DNA from: Actinomycetota bacterium
Lineage (GTDB): Bacteria > Actinomycetota > Thermoleophilia > UBA2241
Length of the DNA stretch: 53,462 nt
NCBI GenBank assembly: GCA_026392275.1
Contig: JAPLCM010000149.1
Coordinates: 1-53,462 of the forward strand
Direction: 5' to 3'
Program-made: the position numbers and the translations under genes
Part shown: in pieces, positions 39,653 to 49,546 of the stretch
Position numbering within the stretch: the first letter of the stretch is position 1
Layout: each line of letters begins with the position of its first letter
Notes under the pieces: generated by a model
Databases searched by the model: none
The model's input: the letters and a program-made list of their open reading frames with translations, nothing else
What the model was told of the DNA's origin: nothing

Positions 39653-40828
39653 ATGGGCATGGCGCTTCGTTCCCAGGAGGAGATGTCTCTGGCGACCGTT
39701 TTCGCGCGTACGCTGAGTAACGTTATCGCGCTCACGACCGCCGAGGAGAAGCGCGTCTGGCCCACCTCCGCGCAAGTGCTTGAGCACACTCCCGACGACG
39801 CCGTGGCCCCCGCGGCGCTGTTCCGTCTGCTGCAGTTCTCCATCTTGCCCGAGATACTCGGCGCCAGCGCCGGCCCCGCCATCTACCTGGCGAGCAAACG
39901 CTTCAGCGGCGAGCTCGGCATCCGCTCCATCCAAGGCCTCAAGGACTGGTTCCGTCACATGCACCTCGGCGAGCTCGAGGTGGAGCTCGACGAGGAGCGC
40001 GTGCTCGTCAAGCTCGGCCAGTGTCTGAGTTGCCGGCGTCTGCCTGCCGGAGGCACTGCTGTCTGCGACTTCGAGCGGGGCCTGGTCGACGGTGTGCTCG
40101 AGGGCATCACGGGCAGAGAGGTCGTCACCAAAGAGACGCTCTGCTGGGGCCTCGGCGACACCGTGTGCCAGTTCGAAGGCTACAGCGGCGAGCAGGCGGG
40201 CTACCTGTATCGGGAGAACGGCTTCCACCCCGACGCCCAGCGGCGCCTCCTGACGCAGCTCGCCGACCAATCCGAGGTCGCGCTCGACAATCTGCGTCTC
40301 ATCAGTGAGCGCCGCGAGCACGAGACTCTTGACCCTCTCACCGGGCTCGTGAACTTCCGCCACCTTCGCGAGCGCGCGGCGTTCGAGCTGGCGCGCGCCG
40401 AGCGTCACAGCCGCACGGTGGCGTTCGTGATGCTCGACCTCGACGGTTTCCACACGGTCAACGAGACCGCCGGTCGCGAGGGCGGCGACGAGGTATTGTG
40501 CCACTGGGCCGCCGCTCTCACGGCGCAGCTGCGCAGCTGCGACCTGGTGTGCCGCTACGGCGCCGACGAGTTCCTGATCGTGCTGCCGGAGACTGCCGAG
40601 CAGCAGGCCGACGCGGCTCTGGAGCGGGTGCTCGGTGCGATGCGGGAGCTGGCCGTCGAGACCGGCGGCCGCCAGTTCGCGCTCACTGCTTCCGCCGGCG
40701 TCGCGAGCTTCCCCGCCGACGGCCGCACGGCGGAGGATCTGGTCGCCAAGGCCGCCACCACTATGTATGCGGCCCGGGCCGGAGGCCCGGGCCGCATCGC
40801 CTTCTACTCCCGCCCGCCCCGGCGCTGA
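39653..40828 (+). CDS. V4R domain + GGDEF-family protein (GADEF variant)
   Basis: CLSC..C.FERG..G.LE..ETLCWGLGD..CQF (V4R); DPLTGL.N, DLDGF, RSCD, YGADEF. Confidence 0.88.
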   Translation: MGMALRSQEEMSLATVFARTLSNVIALTTAEEKRVWPTSAQVLEHTPDDAVAPAALFRLLQFSILPEILGASAGPAIYLASKRFSGELGIRSIQGLKDWFRHMHLGELEVELDEERVLVKLGQCLSCRRLPAGGTAVCDFERGLVDGVLEGITGREVVTKETLCWGLGDTVCQFEGYSGEQAGYLYRENGFHPDAQRRLLTQLADQSEVALDNLRLISERREHETLDPLTGLVNFRHLRERAAFELARAERHSRTVAFVMLDLDGFHTVNETAGREGGDEVLCHWAAALTAQLRSCDLVCRYGADEFLIVLPETAEQQADAALERVLGAMRELAVETGGRQFALTASAGVASFPADGRTAEDLVAKAATTMYAARAGGPGRIAFYSRPPRR

Positions 40829-40839
40829 GCGGCGCCACT

Positions 40840-41304
40840 ATGGCGGCTCGCGTCGAAATCCTCGCCGTGGGGTCGCTGCATCGCGACCTCGAGCCTGCGG
40901 CGCACCACTTCATCGACCTTCTTCGACCCCACGCCACGGTCTCCGTGCACGAAGTCAAGGAGGTAGCCCTGCGCGGCCGCAGCGAGGCAGAGGTGCTGCG
41001 CGACGAGGGCCGGCGCCTGCTCGCGGCGTGGCCGCAGGCGCCTGTCGTCGCGGCGCTCGCCGTCGATGGCCGCGCGCTCGACACCGTGGCGTTCGCCGAC
41101 TGGCTGCAGAGGGCTTTCGAGCGCGGCGGCGCGGGCTTCGTGATCGGCGGCTCGCTGGGACTCGCCGACGAGGTTCAGTCGCGCGCCGCCGCGCGGCTCT
41201 CCCTCTCGGCGCTCACCCTGCCGCACCAGCTGGCCAGAGTGATCCTGCTGGAGCAGCTCTTCCGCGCCGGCAAGATCCTGCGCCGCGAACCGTACCATCA
41301 CTGA
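40840..41304 (+). CDS. rlmH: 23S rRNA pseudouridine(1915)-N3-methyltransferase
   Basis: FVIGGSLG, LSLSALTLPHQLARVILLEQLFRA, EPYHH. Confidence 0.93.
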   Translation: MAARVEILAVGSLHRDLEPAAHHFIDLLRPHATVSVHEVKEVALRGRSEAEVLRDEGRRLLAAWPQAPVVAALAVDGRALDTVAFADWLQRAFERGGAGFVIGGSLGLADEVQSRAAARLSLSALTLPHQLARVILLEQLFRAGKILRREPYHH

Positions 41305-41476
41305 GCGTCCGGCCGCCGGCGGGCTGGGCGTCATCCGTGGGCGGCGCAAGTGGCCGCGCCGGCCGTGCGGCCTCGCCGCCGCCGCCCGGCAATCGCGCCG
41401 CCCGCCTGCGGCCGCTAGAATGGGCGTTCGCGCCGCCGCGCTCCCCGCTGCGGCCTCAGCGACCGGGTGGTGAGCC

Positions 41477-43234
41477 ATGAGCGACGACCTCTACGACCTG
41501 AGCGGCCTCGCCACGTCCCTGGCGGCGACGCTGCGAGAGCTTCTGGCCGAGGCTGGCCTGGTCGACGCCGCAGTGCCGCCCGTCGAGCTGGGGATGCCCG
41601 CGCGCCCCGAACACGGCGACCTCACCACCAATGCCGCCCTGGTGAGCGCCAAGCGCGCCGGCTGCCCGCCGCGCGAGCTGGCCCAGACGCTGGGCGAGCG
41701 CTGGCAGGCCGGCCCGGGCGCCGCCGTCTGTGAGCGCGTGGAAGTGGCCGGCCCAGGCTTCCTCAACCTCTTCCTGGGCGCGGCGTGGTACCGCGGCGCG
41801 GTGGAGCGTATGCGCGCCGCCGGACCGGACTTCGGGCGCGGCGTGCTGCCTGAGGATGATCGCCTCAAGCTGAACGTCGAGTTCGTGAGCGTGAACCCCA
41901 CCGGCCCGCTGCACGTCGGGCATGCGCGATACGCGTCATATGGCGACGCGCTCTGCCGCATCTTCGACTTCGTCGGTCACGACGTCACCCGCGAGTTCTA
42001 CGTGAACGACTACGGCACGCAGATGCTGCGCTTCGGGCAGTCGCTCGCCGCGCGCTACGGCCAGCGGCTGGGTCTGGACACGCCGGTCCCGGAGGAGGGC
42101 TACCAGGGCGAGTACCTGCTGGCGCTCGCCGACGAGCTCATCGCGGAGGTGGGCGAGCGCTACCGCGCAGCGATCGCCGCGGCGGCCCCCGACGTGACCG
42201 CGCTCGCCGCCGACGCCCTCGCGGCGATCAAGGCTTGGGGCCGCGACGCCGTCCTCACCCAGTTTCGCGCCACGCTCGAACGCCTGCGCGTGCCGTTCGA
42301 CGTGTGGGCGCAGGAGAGCCTCCTGTACGCCGGTGACGGCGAGCATCGCGGCTTCGCCGGCGAGGTCGGCAAGGCGCTCGCCGACCTGGACGGCGAAGAC
42401 CTCCTCTACGACGAAGACGGCGCCGTTTGGCTCAAGACGACACTGTACGGCGACGACAAAGACCGCGTGCTCATCCGCTCCAGCGGCGAGCCCACCTACT
42501 TCCTCAGCGACATCGCCTACCACCGCGACAAGATGGACCGCGGGTTCGCGCACATGATCGACATCTGGGGCGCAGACCACCACGGCTACGTGCCGCGCAT
42601 GAAGGCCGCCTTCACGGCGCTCCCGCCGCACGATCCCGACCGTCTGGAGCTCATCATCGGGCAGATGGTGAACCTCCTGGAGAGCGGCGAGGCCAAGCGC
42701 ATGAGCAAGCGCAAGGGCGACATCGTGACCGTCGACGACCTCCTCGACGCCATCGGCGTCGACGCCGCGCGCTTTCTGCTCGTGGGCCGCTCGCACGACA
42801 CCACGCTCGAGCTCGACATCGACCTCGCCCGCGAGCAGTCCAACAAGAACCCGGTGTACTACGTGCAGTACGCCCACGCGCGCATCTCCAGCATCCTTCG
42901 CAACCTCAAGGGAGCGGGGGAGGGGCCGGCCGGTGGGCCGGCCGGCGCAGCCCTGCCGGCCGTCTCCGTGGACGACCACGAGAGGTCACTGGTGCGGGCA
43001 CTTGCCAGGTACCCCGACGTGCTGCTGGCGACCGCCGGCCAGCGCGCTCCACACCGCCTGCACGCCTATCTCGGTGAGCTGGCGGCGGAGTTCCACGTGT
43101 TCTATCGCCACTGCCGGGTGCTCGGCGACGACCCCGACACGACGAGGTTCAGGGCCGCCCTCTGCGCGGCTACCAGAGACGCGCTGGCGAGCGGACTCTC
43201 GCTGCTCGCGGTGAGCGCCCCCGAGGCGATGTAG
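41477..43234 (+). CDS. argS: Arginine--tRNA ligase
   Basis: EFVSVNPTGPLHVGH, GADHHGY, MSKRKG, YYVQYAHARI, APEAM. Confidence 0.97.
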   Translation: MSDDLYDLSGLATSLAATLRELLAEAGLVDAAVPPVELGMPARPEHGDLTTNAALVSAKRAGCPPRELAQTLGERWQAGPGAAVCERVEVAGPGFLNLFLGAAWYRGAVERMRAAGPDFGRGVLPEDDRLKLNVEFVSVNPTGPLHVGHARYASYGDALCRIFDFVGHDVTREFYVNDYGTQMLRFGQSLAARYGQRLGLDTPVPEEGYQGEYLLALADELIAEVGERYRAAIAAAAPDVTALAADALAAIKAWGRDAVLTQFRATLERLRVPFDVWAQESLLYAGDGEHRGFAGEVGKALADLDGEDLLYDEDGAVWLKTTLYGDDKDRVLIRSSGEPTYFLSDIAYHRDKMDRGFAHMIDIWGADHHGYVPRMKAAFTALPPHDPDRLELIIGQMVNLLESGEAKRMSKRKGDIVTVDDLLDAIGVDAARFLLVGRSHDTTLELDIDLAREQSNKNPVYYVQYAHARISSILRNLKGAGEGPAGGPAGAALPAVSVDDHERSLVRALARYPDVLLATAGQRAPHRLHAYLGELAAEFHVFYRHCRVLGDDPDTTRFRAALCAATRDALASGLSLLAVSAPEAM

Positions 43235-43243
43235 CGGGCGACT

Positions 43244-43669
43244 CTACGCGGCGAAGCGTTCGCGCACCCAGGCGCGGAGCTCAGCGGTCTCTTCCGGCGT
43301 GAGCTCCCGGTCGAGCTTCAGGAGCTGCGACACGGCGACGTTGTAGTCCCCCGTCAAGAGGCGGTCGACGACGCTCTCGAGGACGGTCTGCACGACCTCG
43401 CGTCCGGGGATGGCCGGCGAGTACACGTAGGCGATGTGCGACCTGTCCTGCACCAGCAGATGCTTCTTGACGAGGTTGTTCATCACCGTCATCACGGTGG
43501 TGTAGGCGATCTGCCGCCGCTCGAGCAGCGTCTCGTAGACTCGGCGCACCGTGGTCTGGTCGTGTTGCCAGACCACGGCCAGGATGTCGGCCTCCAGGGA
43601 GCCGATGCCGGTGAACGGCGCCCCCTTGGAGCTGCGCATCCATTTGGGTCGGGCGGTTTCTTCCATCAC
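43244..43669 (-). CDS. BlaI/MecI/CopY family repressor
   Basis: GSLEADILAVVW, IAYTTVMTVMNNLVKK, AYVYSP. Confidence 0.9.
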   Translation of the reverse strand: MMEETARPKWMRSSKGAPFTGIGSLEADILAVVWQHDQTTVRRVYETLLERRQIAYTTVMTVMNNLVKKHLLVQDRSHIAYVYSPAIPGREVVQTVLESVVDRLLTGDYNVAVSQLLKLDRELTPEETAELRAWVRERFAA

Positions 43670-43714
43670 GATACCTTTCGCCAGGTGATCTTGGAGTGCG
43701 TCTCCACGTGGTAC

Positions 43715-43732
43715 GCACTACGTAGGTGGTGC
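43715..43732. promoter_or_regulatory. Putative BlaI-type operator
   Basis: GCACTAC-GTAG-GTGGTGC imperfect palindrome between the divergent blaI-like and M42 genes. Confidence 0.4.
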
Positions 43733-43815
43733 AGCGTACGTATTCCCGGCTGGTCGCGGACTCACGCCCACGCGTGTAGTAGAATCGAGCGCCTGTTGCT
43801 GAAGGAGGTGCGCAG

Positions 43816-44883
43816 GTGTCTGCCGATGTCGAACTGCTGAGCTCGCTGTGTCTCGCCCCGGGCCCCACGGGGTTCGAGGCGCCGGCACAGGACGTCGTAC
43901 GCCGGCGCCTGGCGCCTCTCGGCGAAGCTCAGGCCGATCCGCTGGGCAACATCTGGCTCGAGGTCGGCCCTGTCGGCGGCCCGCAGGTCGTCGTCACCGC
44001 GCACGCCGACCAGATCGGCCTGATCGTCACCTACGTCGATGAGCACGGCTACGTCTTCGTCGAGAGGATCGGCGGCGTGGCGCCCCTGCTGGTCCCAGGG
44101 CGCCATTTCGTGATCCACGGCGCCGGCGGCACGGTGCACGCGGTCGGCGGCAAGAAGCCCACGCACATCATCCCCGCCGCCGAGCGCGACAAGGCGCCGG
44201 CCCTCGACGAGCAGTTCCTCGACATCGGCGCCTCGAGCCGGGAGGCCGCACTCGAAGTCGTGGCGATCGGCGACCCCATCACCTTCACGCCCGAGTTCAT
44301 CGAGCTGTCGCCGGGCGTCTACGGCACCCAGGCGCTCGACGATCGCGCCGGAGTGTACTGCCTGGTGCGCGCCCTCGAGCTCTACGCGGCCGCGCCCGGC
44401 GCGGCGCGGCTCACCGGTGTTTCCACGGTGCACGAGGAGACCACGTTCATGGGCGCCAAGGCGCAGGCGAAGCGCCTTGCGCCGGCCGTGATGATCGTCG
44501 TCGACGGCGATTTCTGCAGCGACACGCCGGCCGCCGACGCCAAGAAGCTCGCCGGCGAGGTCAAGCTCGGCGCCGGCCCGGTGCTCGGCCGCGGCGCCGG
44601 CAGTAACCACCGCCTTCTGGCGATGGCGCGCGAGGTGGCCGCCGCCGAGGGCATCCCCGTGCAGCTCAAGGCCGCTCCCGAGGCGATGTCTACCGACGCC
44701 GACGAGCTTATGGCCGCGGGCACCGCGGCGACGCTCTCGCTGAGCGTCCCGGTGCGCTACATGCACTCTCCGTTCGAGGTCGCGCATGGCGACGACCTGG
44801 AGGCCGCAGCGCTCCTGGTCGCCGCCCTCGCGCGACGGGTGGGCGAGACCGGCGGGGCCGAGACGTTCGTGCCCCGCATCTGA
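43816..44883 (+). CDS. M42 family aminopeptidase
   Basis: GPTGFE, AHADQIG, ALDDRAG, HEET, TDAD, RYMHSP. Confidence 0.9.
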   Translation: MSADVELLSSLCLAPGPTGFEAPAQDVVRRRLAPLGEAQADPLGNIWLEVGPVGGPQVVVTAHADQIGLIVTYVDEHGYVFVERIGGVAPLLVPGRHFVIHGAGGTVHAVGGKKPTHIIPAAERDKAPALDEQFLDIGASSREAALEVVAIGDPITFTPEFIELSPGVYGTQALDDRAGVYCLVRALELYAAAPGAARLTGVSTVHEETTFMGAKAQAKRLAPAVMIVVDGDFCSDTPAADAKKLAGEVKLGAGPVLGRGAGSNHRLLAMAREVAAAEGIPVQLKAAPEAMSTDADELMAAGTAATLSLSVPVRYMHSPFEVAHGDDLEAAALLVAALARRVGETGGAETFVPRI

Positions 44884-44915
44884 CGTAGCCCGCCGCCGCG
44901 TTCCCGGGAGGCCGC

Positions 44916-45731
44916 ATGAAGCTGTTCATCGCCATCGATCTGGAAGGCATCACGGGTGTGGTGTCCGAGCTCGACACGGCCCGCGAAGGACCGGCCGCGG
45001 TGATCGCCCGCGAGCACATGCGCGCCGATCTCGACGCGGTGCTCGAGGGCTGCTTCGCGGCCGGCGCCGATGAGGTCGTGGTGTGCGACGCGCACGACGA
45101 CGGCCGCAATCTCGACGCCGCCGGCCTGCCCCCGCAGGTCGTCCTCGTAAGCGGCTCCTCGACGCCGTACAGCATGCTTCAGGGCATCGGCCGCGGCTAC
45201 GACGGCGCGCTGTTCGTGGGCTATCACGCGCGCGCCGGCACCGCCGGGGCCGTTCTCGAGCACACCTGGAACTACAAGGTCTTTGCCGCCACGCTTGGCG
45301 ATCTGGAGGTCGGCGAGTTCGGCCTGGGCGCCCTGCTGGCCGGGCATTACGGCGTGCCCGCCGTCTTTCTGTCCGGCGACGACAAGGCGGCCGCCGAGGC
45401 TGAGGCCCTGGCGCCGGGCATCGTCACCACTGTGGTCAAAACGGGGATCACGCGGCTGGCCGCCGGCCTGCACTCGCCGCGCGCCGCGCGCGAGCGCCTT
45501 CGCGCCGACGTTGCGCGCGCGCTGCGCGCCGAACACAGGCCGGCGCCGCTCGCCTGGAACGGCGAGCCCCTCCGGCTGACCTTTGCGCGGGTCGAGTTCT
45601 GCGACCGCGCCGCAGGCTGCCCCGGCGTGCGGCGCGTGGACGGTCGCACGCTCGAGATACCCGGCGCGGACTTCGAGGAGGTCTACCGCGGCTTCCTCGC
45701 CTGCGTCCGGCTGTCGGACCTCGAGGATTGA
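44916..45731 (+). CDS. M55 family D-aminopeptidase (DppA-like)
   Basis: DLEGITG, DAH, GYHARAG, LEHT, LSGDD. Confidence 0.93.
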   Translation: MKLFIAIDLEGITGVVSELDTAREGPAAVIAREHMRADLDAVLEGCFAAGADEVVVCDAHDDGRNLDAAGLPPQVVLVSGSSTPYSMLQGIGRGYDGALFVGYHARAGTAGAVLEHTWNYKVFAATLGDLEVGEFGLGALLAGHYGVPAVFLSGDDKAAAEAEALAPGIVTTVVKTGITRLAAGLHSPRAARERLRADVARALRAEHRPAPLAWNGEPLRLTFARVEFCDRAAGCPGVRRVDGRTLEIPGADFEEVYRGFLACVRLSDLED

Positions 45732-45779
45732 CCGCTCAAGTTGCGGGGGCGCGGCTGGTGTGGTGAACTACTGCTGCGG

Positions 45780-45855
45780 GCGGATGTAGTGTAGTTGGCA
45801 ACACGTCAGCTTCCCAAGCTGAAGATCGCGGGTTCGACTCCCGTCATCCGCTCCA
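45780..45855 (+). tRNA. tRNA-Gly (CCC)
   Basis: GCGGATG acceptor stem, TCAGC-TTCCCAA-GCTGA anticodon arm, GGTTCGACTCC, TCCA end. Confidence 0.97.
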
Positions 45856-45923
45856 CGTGCTTCCGGGCATCCAGTGGGAATCGCGGCCCCTTTCTTGGGG
45901 CCGTTCGCGTGCGCCGCGGCCCT

Positions 45924-46418
45924 CTACATCCCGCTGTGCCGCTCCTCCAAGCCGAGCTCGCGCAGACGCGCCTGCATGGCCTTGCGGCCGACCTCGAAAC
46001 GGTCGGCAAGACGGTTGACGTCGGGGCCGTGCTCGCGCACCGCCTCGCGCACGAGAGGCTCGGGCATGAGCAGCTCGGCGGCAAAGGCGTCGGCCTCGCG
46101 CTCCTCGGCGCGCCCCGCCTCGGCGACGGAGCCGTAGTGCACGGGGCGGCAGCGCTCCTCGTGCAGCACGAAGTGGCCGATCTCGTGGGCGATGGTGAAG
46201 CGCCGACGGCCCGACTCGCCGCCGTTCGGCGCAGCGGGGCGCTCGTCGCCCAGGAGCTCCAGGGCGGCTTCACTCGTGAAGGGCTAACGGGTCTCGCCGA
46301 CCAGTGCGAGATCGAGCGCGCTGACGACATCGCGCAGCGACACCGGCTCGTGCGAGACGCTGGCGGAGTCGAGCAGGGGCGTGGCCTGACGGCGCACGTC
46401 TGACGCGGGATGACTCAT
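45924..46418 (-). pseudogene. ImmA/IrrE family metallo-endopeptidase interrupted by an in-frame TAG
   Basis: GGAGG RBS, ATG at 46418, TAG at codon 45 (46284-46286), then in frame RRFTIAHEIGHFVLH...EREADAFAAELLMP. Confidence 0.8.
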
Positions 46419-46500
46419 GAGGACGGCCCCCTCCGGGGACGGCAGTCTACCGCCGCCCGCCGCGGTCTCGCGACCGGTGGTCGCGGCCCCGGAACCGCGG

Positions 46501-48501
46501 TCAGGCGCCGATGAGCGGCAGCAGGCGGGCGACGACGCCGCCGACGGCCAGGGCCAGCACGATGGTGCCGGCGGAGATGGCCGCCGTCCACTTCCAGCCC
46601 AGCTCGCGGCGCAGCACGGCGATGGTCGCGAGGCAGGGGATGTAGATCGTGTTCACGATGGCGTAGGTGATGATCTGTGGCTTGGTCATGATGCTCGAGA
46701 TGTCGGCTACAGCGCCGCCGACGCTGACTGCGGCGAACACCAGCAGGAGCTGCAGAGCGAGCTCCTTGCGCAAAACTGCAAAGACCAACGTGAGCCCGGC
46801 CACGGCGGGGAGCATGAGCCAGCCCTCCACCACCGGCGACAGAGGAGCGGTGAGCTTCCAGACGAGCCCGGTCTCGTAGAGGGCGCCGAGCACCATGCTG
46901 CCGATGAGGATGATGGGCGCGGCGTCCCACACGAACTCGCGGAAGCGCCGCCACGTCTTGGCGGCCACCTGGCGGATCACCGGGCGGCGGAAGGGGAACA
47001 TCTCCATGACGAAGGCGCCCTTCTGACCGGGCAGAAGGCGGTTGAGGCCGAGACCGGCGGAGACGCCGATGACGAAGACCACGAAGTAGGTGAACAGCGC
47101 CCACTGCCAGCCGGCGAATGCCGCTACCGCGCCGATGATCACGGCGGTGCGGGCGCTGCAGGGCGTGAGCGTGGCCAGCGCCGAGGCGATCACGCGCTCG
47201 CGCTTGGTCGGCAGCGAGCGCGTGGCGATGATGGCCGGCACGTTGCAGCCGCCGGCAGCGATGAGCGGGATGACCGCGCGCCCGTGCAACCCGAAGCGGT
47301 GCATGACGCGGTCGCTGAGGAAGGCGGCCGCGTTCATGTAGCCGGTGTCCTCGATGAAGGCCAGAAGGAAGTAGAACGTGAGGATGTACGGGATGCCGAC
47401 GGCGATGGTGGCGAGAATGCCGCCGTCGACGCCCCACAGGACGGTGCGACCGACGACGCCGTCCCCGAAGATGCCGGTGACCACGGAGGTCACTGCCGGC
47501 GAGACCCAGGTGGTCCAGGCGGCGGTGAGCACGCGCGACAGCACGTCCCCGACCACAAAGAGCGTAGCGAACATCGCGGCGATGACGCCGAGCAGGATAG
47601 GGACGCCGGTACGTGGGGAGGTGGTAAGGCGCCACCAGGCGTCGGCGCCGGCTCGCGGCGGGGGCGCCTGCGCCGCCACCGCGAGCCGGCGCGCCTCAGC
47701 GTGGCGTGCCTGCGCGATGGCCAGCGGGAGGCCGTCGTCATCCGGCGTAAGTACCCCGGCTGCGTCGAGCTGCAGCGCCTCGACGACCTCGGCGTCGCCT
47801 TCGAGAACGGTGATGGCCGCGGCACGAGGCGCCAGCCCGAAGGGCGGATGCCCGGCCTCCGCGGCCCGCGCGGAGATCTCTGCGGCAAGGGACTCGACGC
47901 GGTCGGCGACGCCCTGGGGCAGCGGTGTGCCTCCGGCTCGCCCCAGACCGTTGTTCGAGGTCGCGACGCGAAGCAGCGCAGCTTCGAGTTGCGGCAGTCC
48001 CTCGCCGCGTGGCGCCACTGTCGCGACCACCGGAACGCCGAGCTCGCGGGCGAGGGCCTCGGTGTCGACGTCGCGGTCGTGGCGGCGTGCTTCGTCGGAG
48101 AGATTCACGGCGATGACCACACGAAAACCGAGGTCGAGAAGCTGCAGGGGCAGGTACAGGCTGCGGCCCAGATTGGTGGCGTCGACGACCGCGACCACCA
48201 CGTCCGGCTTCCGCGTGAGCAGGGCCACCCGCGCGGCACGCTGGTCGCCGCCCTGGCCGTCCAGCGAGTAGGTGCCGGGCAGGTCGACGACCTCGACGCG
48301 CCGGCCACCCCAGCGCGTACACACGACGCACGCCTCGGTGGTCACTCCGGCGCAGTTGGCGGTCTCGCAGGCGGCGCCGGTGAGGGCGTTGAACAGCGAG
48401 CTCTTGCCGACGTTGGGGTTGCCGGCCAGACAGGCGACGAGCATGCGCTCGTCGTGCCCATGGCCGGCCTTCTGCCGGCGTCGTGTCGGGACGGTCGCCA
48501 C
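46501..48501 (-). CDS. feoB: Ferrous iron transport protein B
   Basis: GNPNVGKSSLFN, DLPG, DATNL, GGCNVPA, PCSAR, YIPCLAT. Confidence 0.95.
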   Translation of the reverse strand: MATVPTRRRQKAGHGHDERMLVACLAGNPNVGKSSLFNALTGAACETANCAGVTTEACVVCTRWGGRRVEVVDLPGTYSLDGQGGDQRAARVALLTRKPDVVVAVVDATNLGRSLYLPLQLLDLGFRVVIAVNLSDEARRHDRDVDTEALARELGVPVVATVAPRGEGLPQLEAALLRVATSNNGLGRAGGTPLPQGVADRVESLAAEISARAAEAGHPPFGLAPRAAAITVLEGDAEVVEALQLDAAGVLTPDDDGLPLAIAQARHAEARRLAVAAQAPPPRAGADAWWRLTTSPRTGVPILLGVIAAMFATLFVVGDVLSRVLTAAWTTWVSPAVTSVVTGIFGDGVVGRTVLWGVDGGILATIAVGIPYILTFYFLLAFIEDTGYMNAAAFLSDRVMHRFGLHGRAVIPLIAAGGCNVPAIIATRSLPTKRERVIASALATLTPCSARTAVIIGAVAAFAGWQWALFTYFVVFVIGVSAGLGLNRLLPGQKGAFVMEMFPFRRPVIRQVAAKTWRRFREFVWDAAPIILIGSMVLGALYETGLVWKLTAPLSPVVEGWLMLPAVAGLTLVFAVLRKELALQLLLVFAAVSVGGAVADISSIMTKPQIITYAIVNTIYIPCLATIAVLRRELGWKWTAAISAGTIVLALAVGGVVARLLPLIGA

Positions 48502-48506
48502 AGGCG

Positions 48507-49163
48507 TCAGGCACGCACCATGATCTTGCCGGCCACCTCGCGCCCGAGGGCGTACTGCGAGCCGGCCACGCGCACGAGAAGTGGGCCGCCGAACGGCGCC
48601 ACGCTCTCGACCTCGACGGGCGTCTCGGGCAGCAACCCGAGAGAACCCAGATACCTGAGTAGCTCGCCGTCCTCCTCGGAGATGCAGCCGATCACGCCGT
48701 GCTCACCGGCGCCGAACTCGACCAGCGGGCGCATGGCCTCGTCAGGAAGCGTGCCATCCTCGCCGGGGATCGCGTGCCCGTGTGGGCACGTGGTGGGGTT
48801 GCCGAGCTGCTGCGCAAGCCGCGCCTCGACTTCGGGGCTGAGCACGTGCTCAAGCTTGCAGGCCTCGTCGTGCACCGCATCCCAGGGCATGTCGAGGTAA
48901 TCGACCAGGAAGCGCTCGCTGAGACGGTGGCGACGCACGAGCGCCGCGCCCTCGATATCGCCTTCGGGCGTCAGCAGAATGCCCCCCTCGCCGTGCGGCG
49001 TCACAAGGCCCGCCGCCCGCAGTCGGCCGAGCATCTCAGAGACGGATGGAGGCGCCACTCCGAGCTCTTCGGCGAGGCGCTTGACGGTGACGGGGGCGCT
49101 GCCTCGCTGTAGCTTGAACATGGCTTCGAGGTACTCCTCGGTGCTCTGCGTGAGCTTGTTCAC
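48507..49163 (-). CDS. DtxR/IdeR/MntR family metal-dependent repressor with C-terminal FeoA domain
   Basis: STEEYLEA, SVSEML, RRHRLSERFL, EACKLEH, CPHGHAIP. Confidence 0.94.
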   Translation of the reverse strand: MNKLTQSTEEYLEAMFKLQRGSAPVTVKRLAEELGVAPPSVSEMLGRLRAAGLVTPHGEGGILLTPEGDIEGAALVRRHRLSERFLVDYLDMPWDAVHDEACKLEHVLSPEVEARLAQQLGNPTTCPHGHAIPGEDGTLPDEAMRPLVEFGAGEHGVIGCISEEDGELLRYLGSLGLLPETPVEVESVAPFGGPLLVRVAGSQYALGREVAGKIMVRA

Positions 49164-49238
49164 GGTCTCCTCCGGCGCCTTGGCCTGATCCTCCCGCCGC
49201 GGGCGCACCTTGGGCCGGTCCGACGAGCGGGGCTGCTC

Positions 49239-49254
49239 ATTAGGATACCCTAAT
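49239..49254. promoter_or_regulatory. DtxR/IdeR-type operator
   Basis: ATTAGG-ATAC-CCTAAT palindrome about 75 nt upstream of the dtxR-feoB operon. Confidence 0.85.
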
Positions 49255-49546
49255 CATCGGCAGAAGGGAATCCTGACTTTAGTCAAGAGGCGGAATGGGG
49301 ACAGGCGCTGAGGTGCGCCGAAGGTACCCCACTCATCAGGCGCGGGACCAGCCCAGCCGAGCACGGCAGCAGCGTCTCGCACCCCGCCAGGGGCGGCATG
49401 CATCGTCCGCATATCAGCGTCCCCACACGTTCCGTGGACTCCGTACGCAGAACAACGTAGGCTGCTTTCGCCGGGCTACACACACCGCACACTCATTGTT
49501 AGCCCGAGCCGATTCTGTTCACACACCCGTAGGGAGGCTTCTCGCA

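Noticed and set aside
49283-49492. Minus-strand 69-aa ORF with two CxxC pairs (zinc-finger-like)
   Set aside because: No RBS, atypical codons, and it overlaps the attC-like sequence; probably chance
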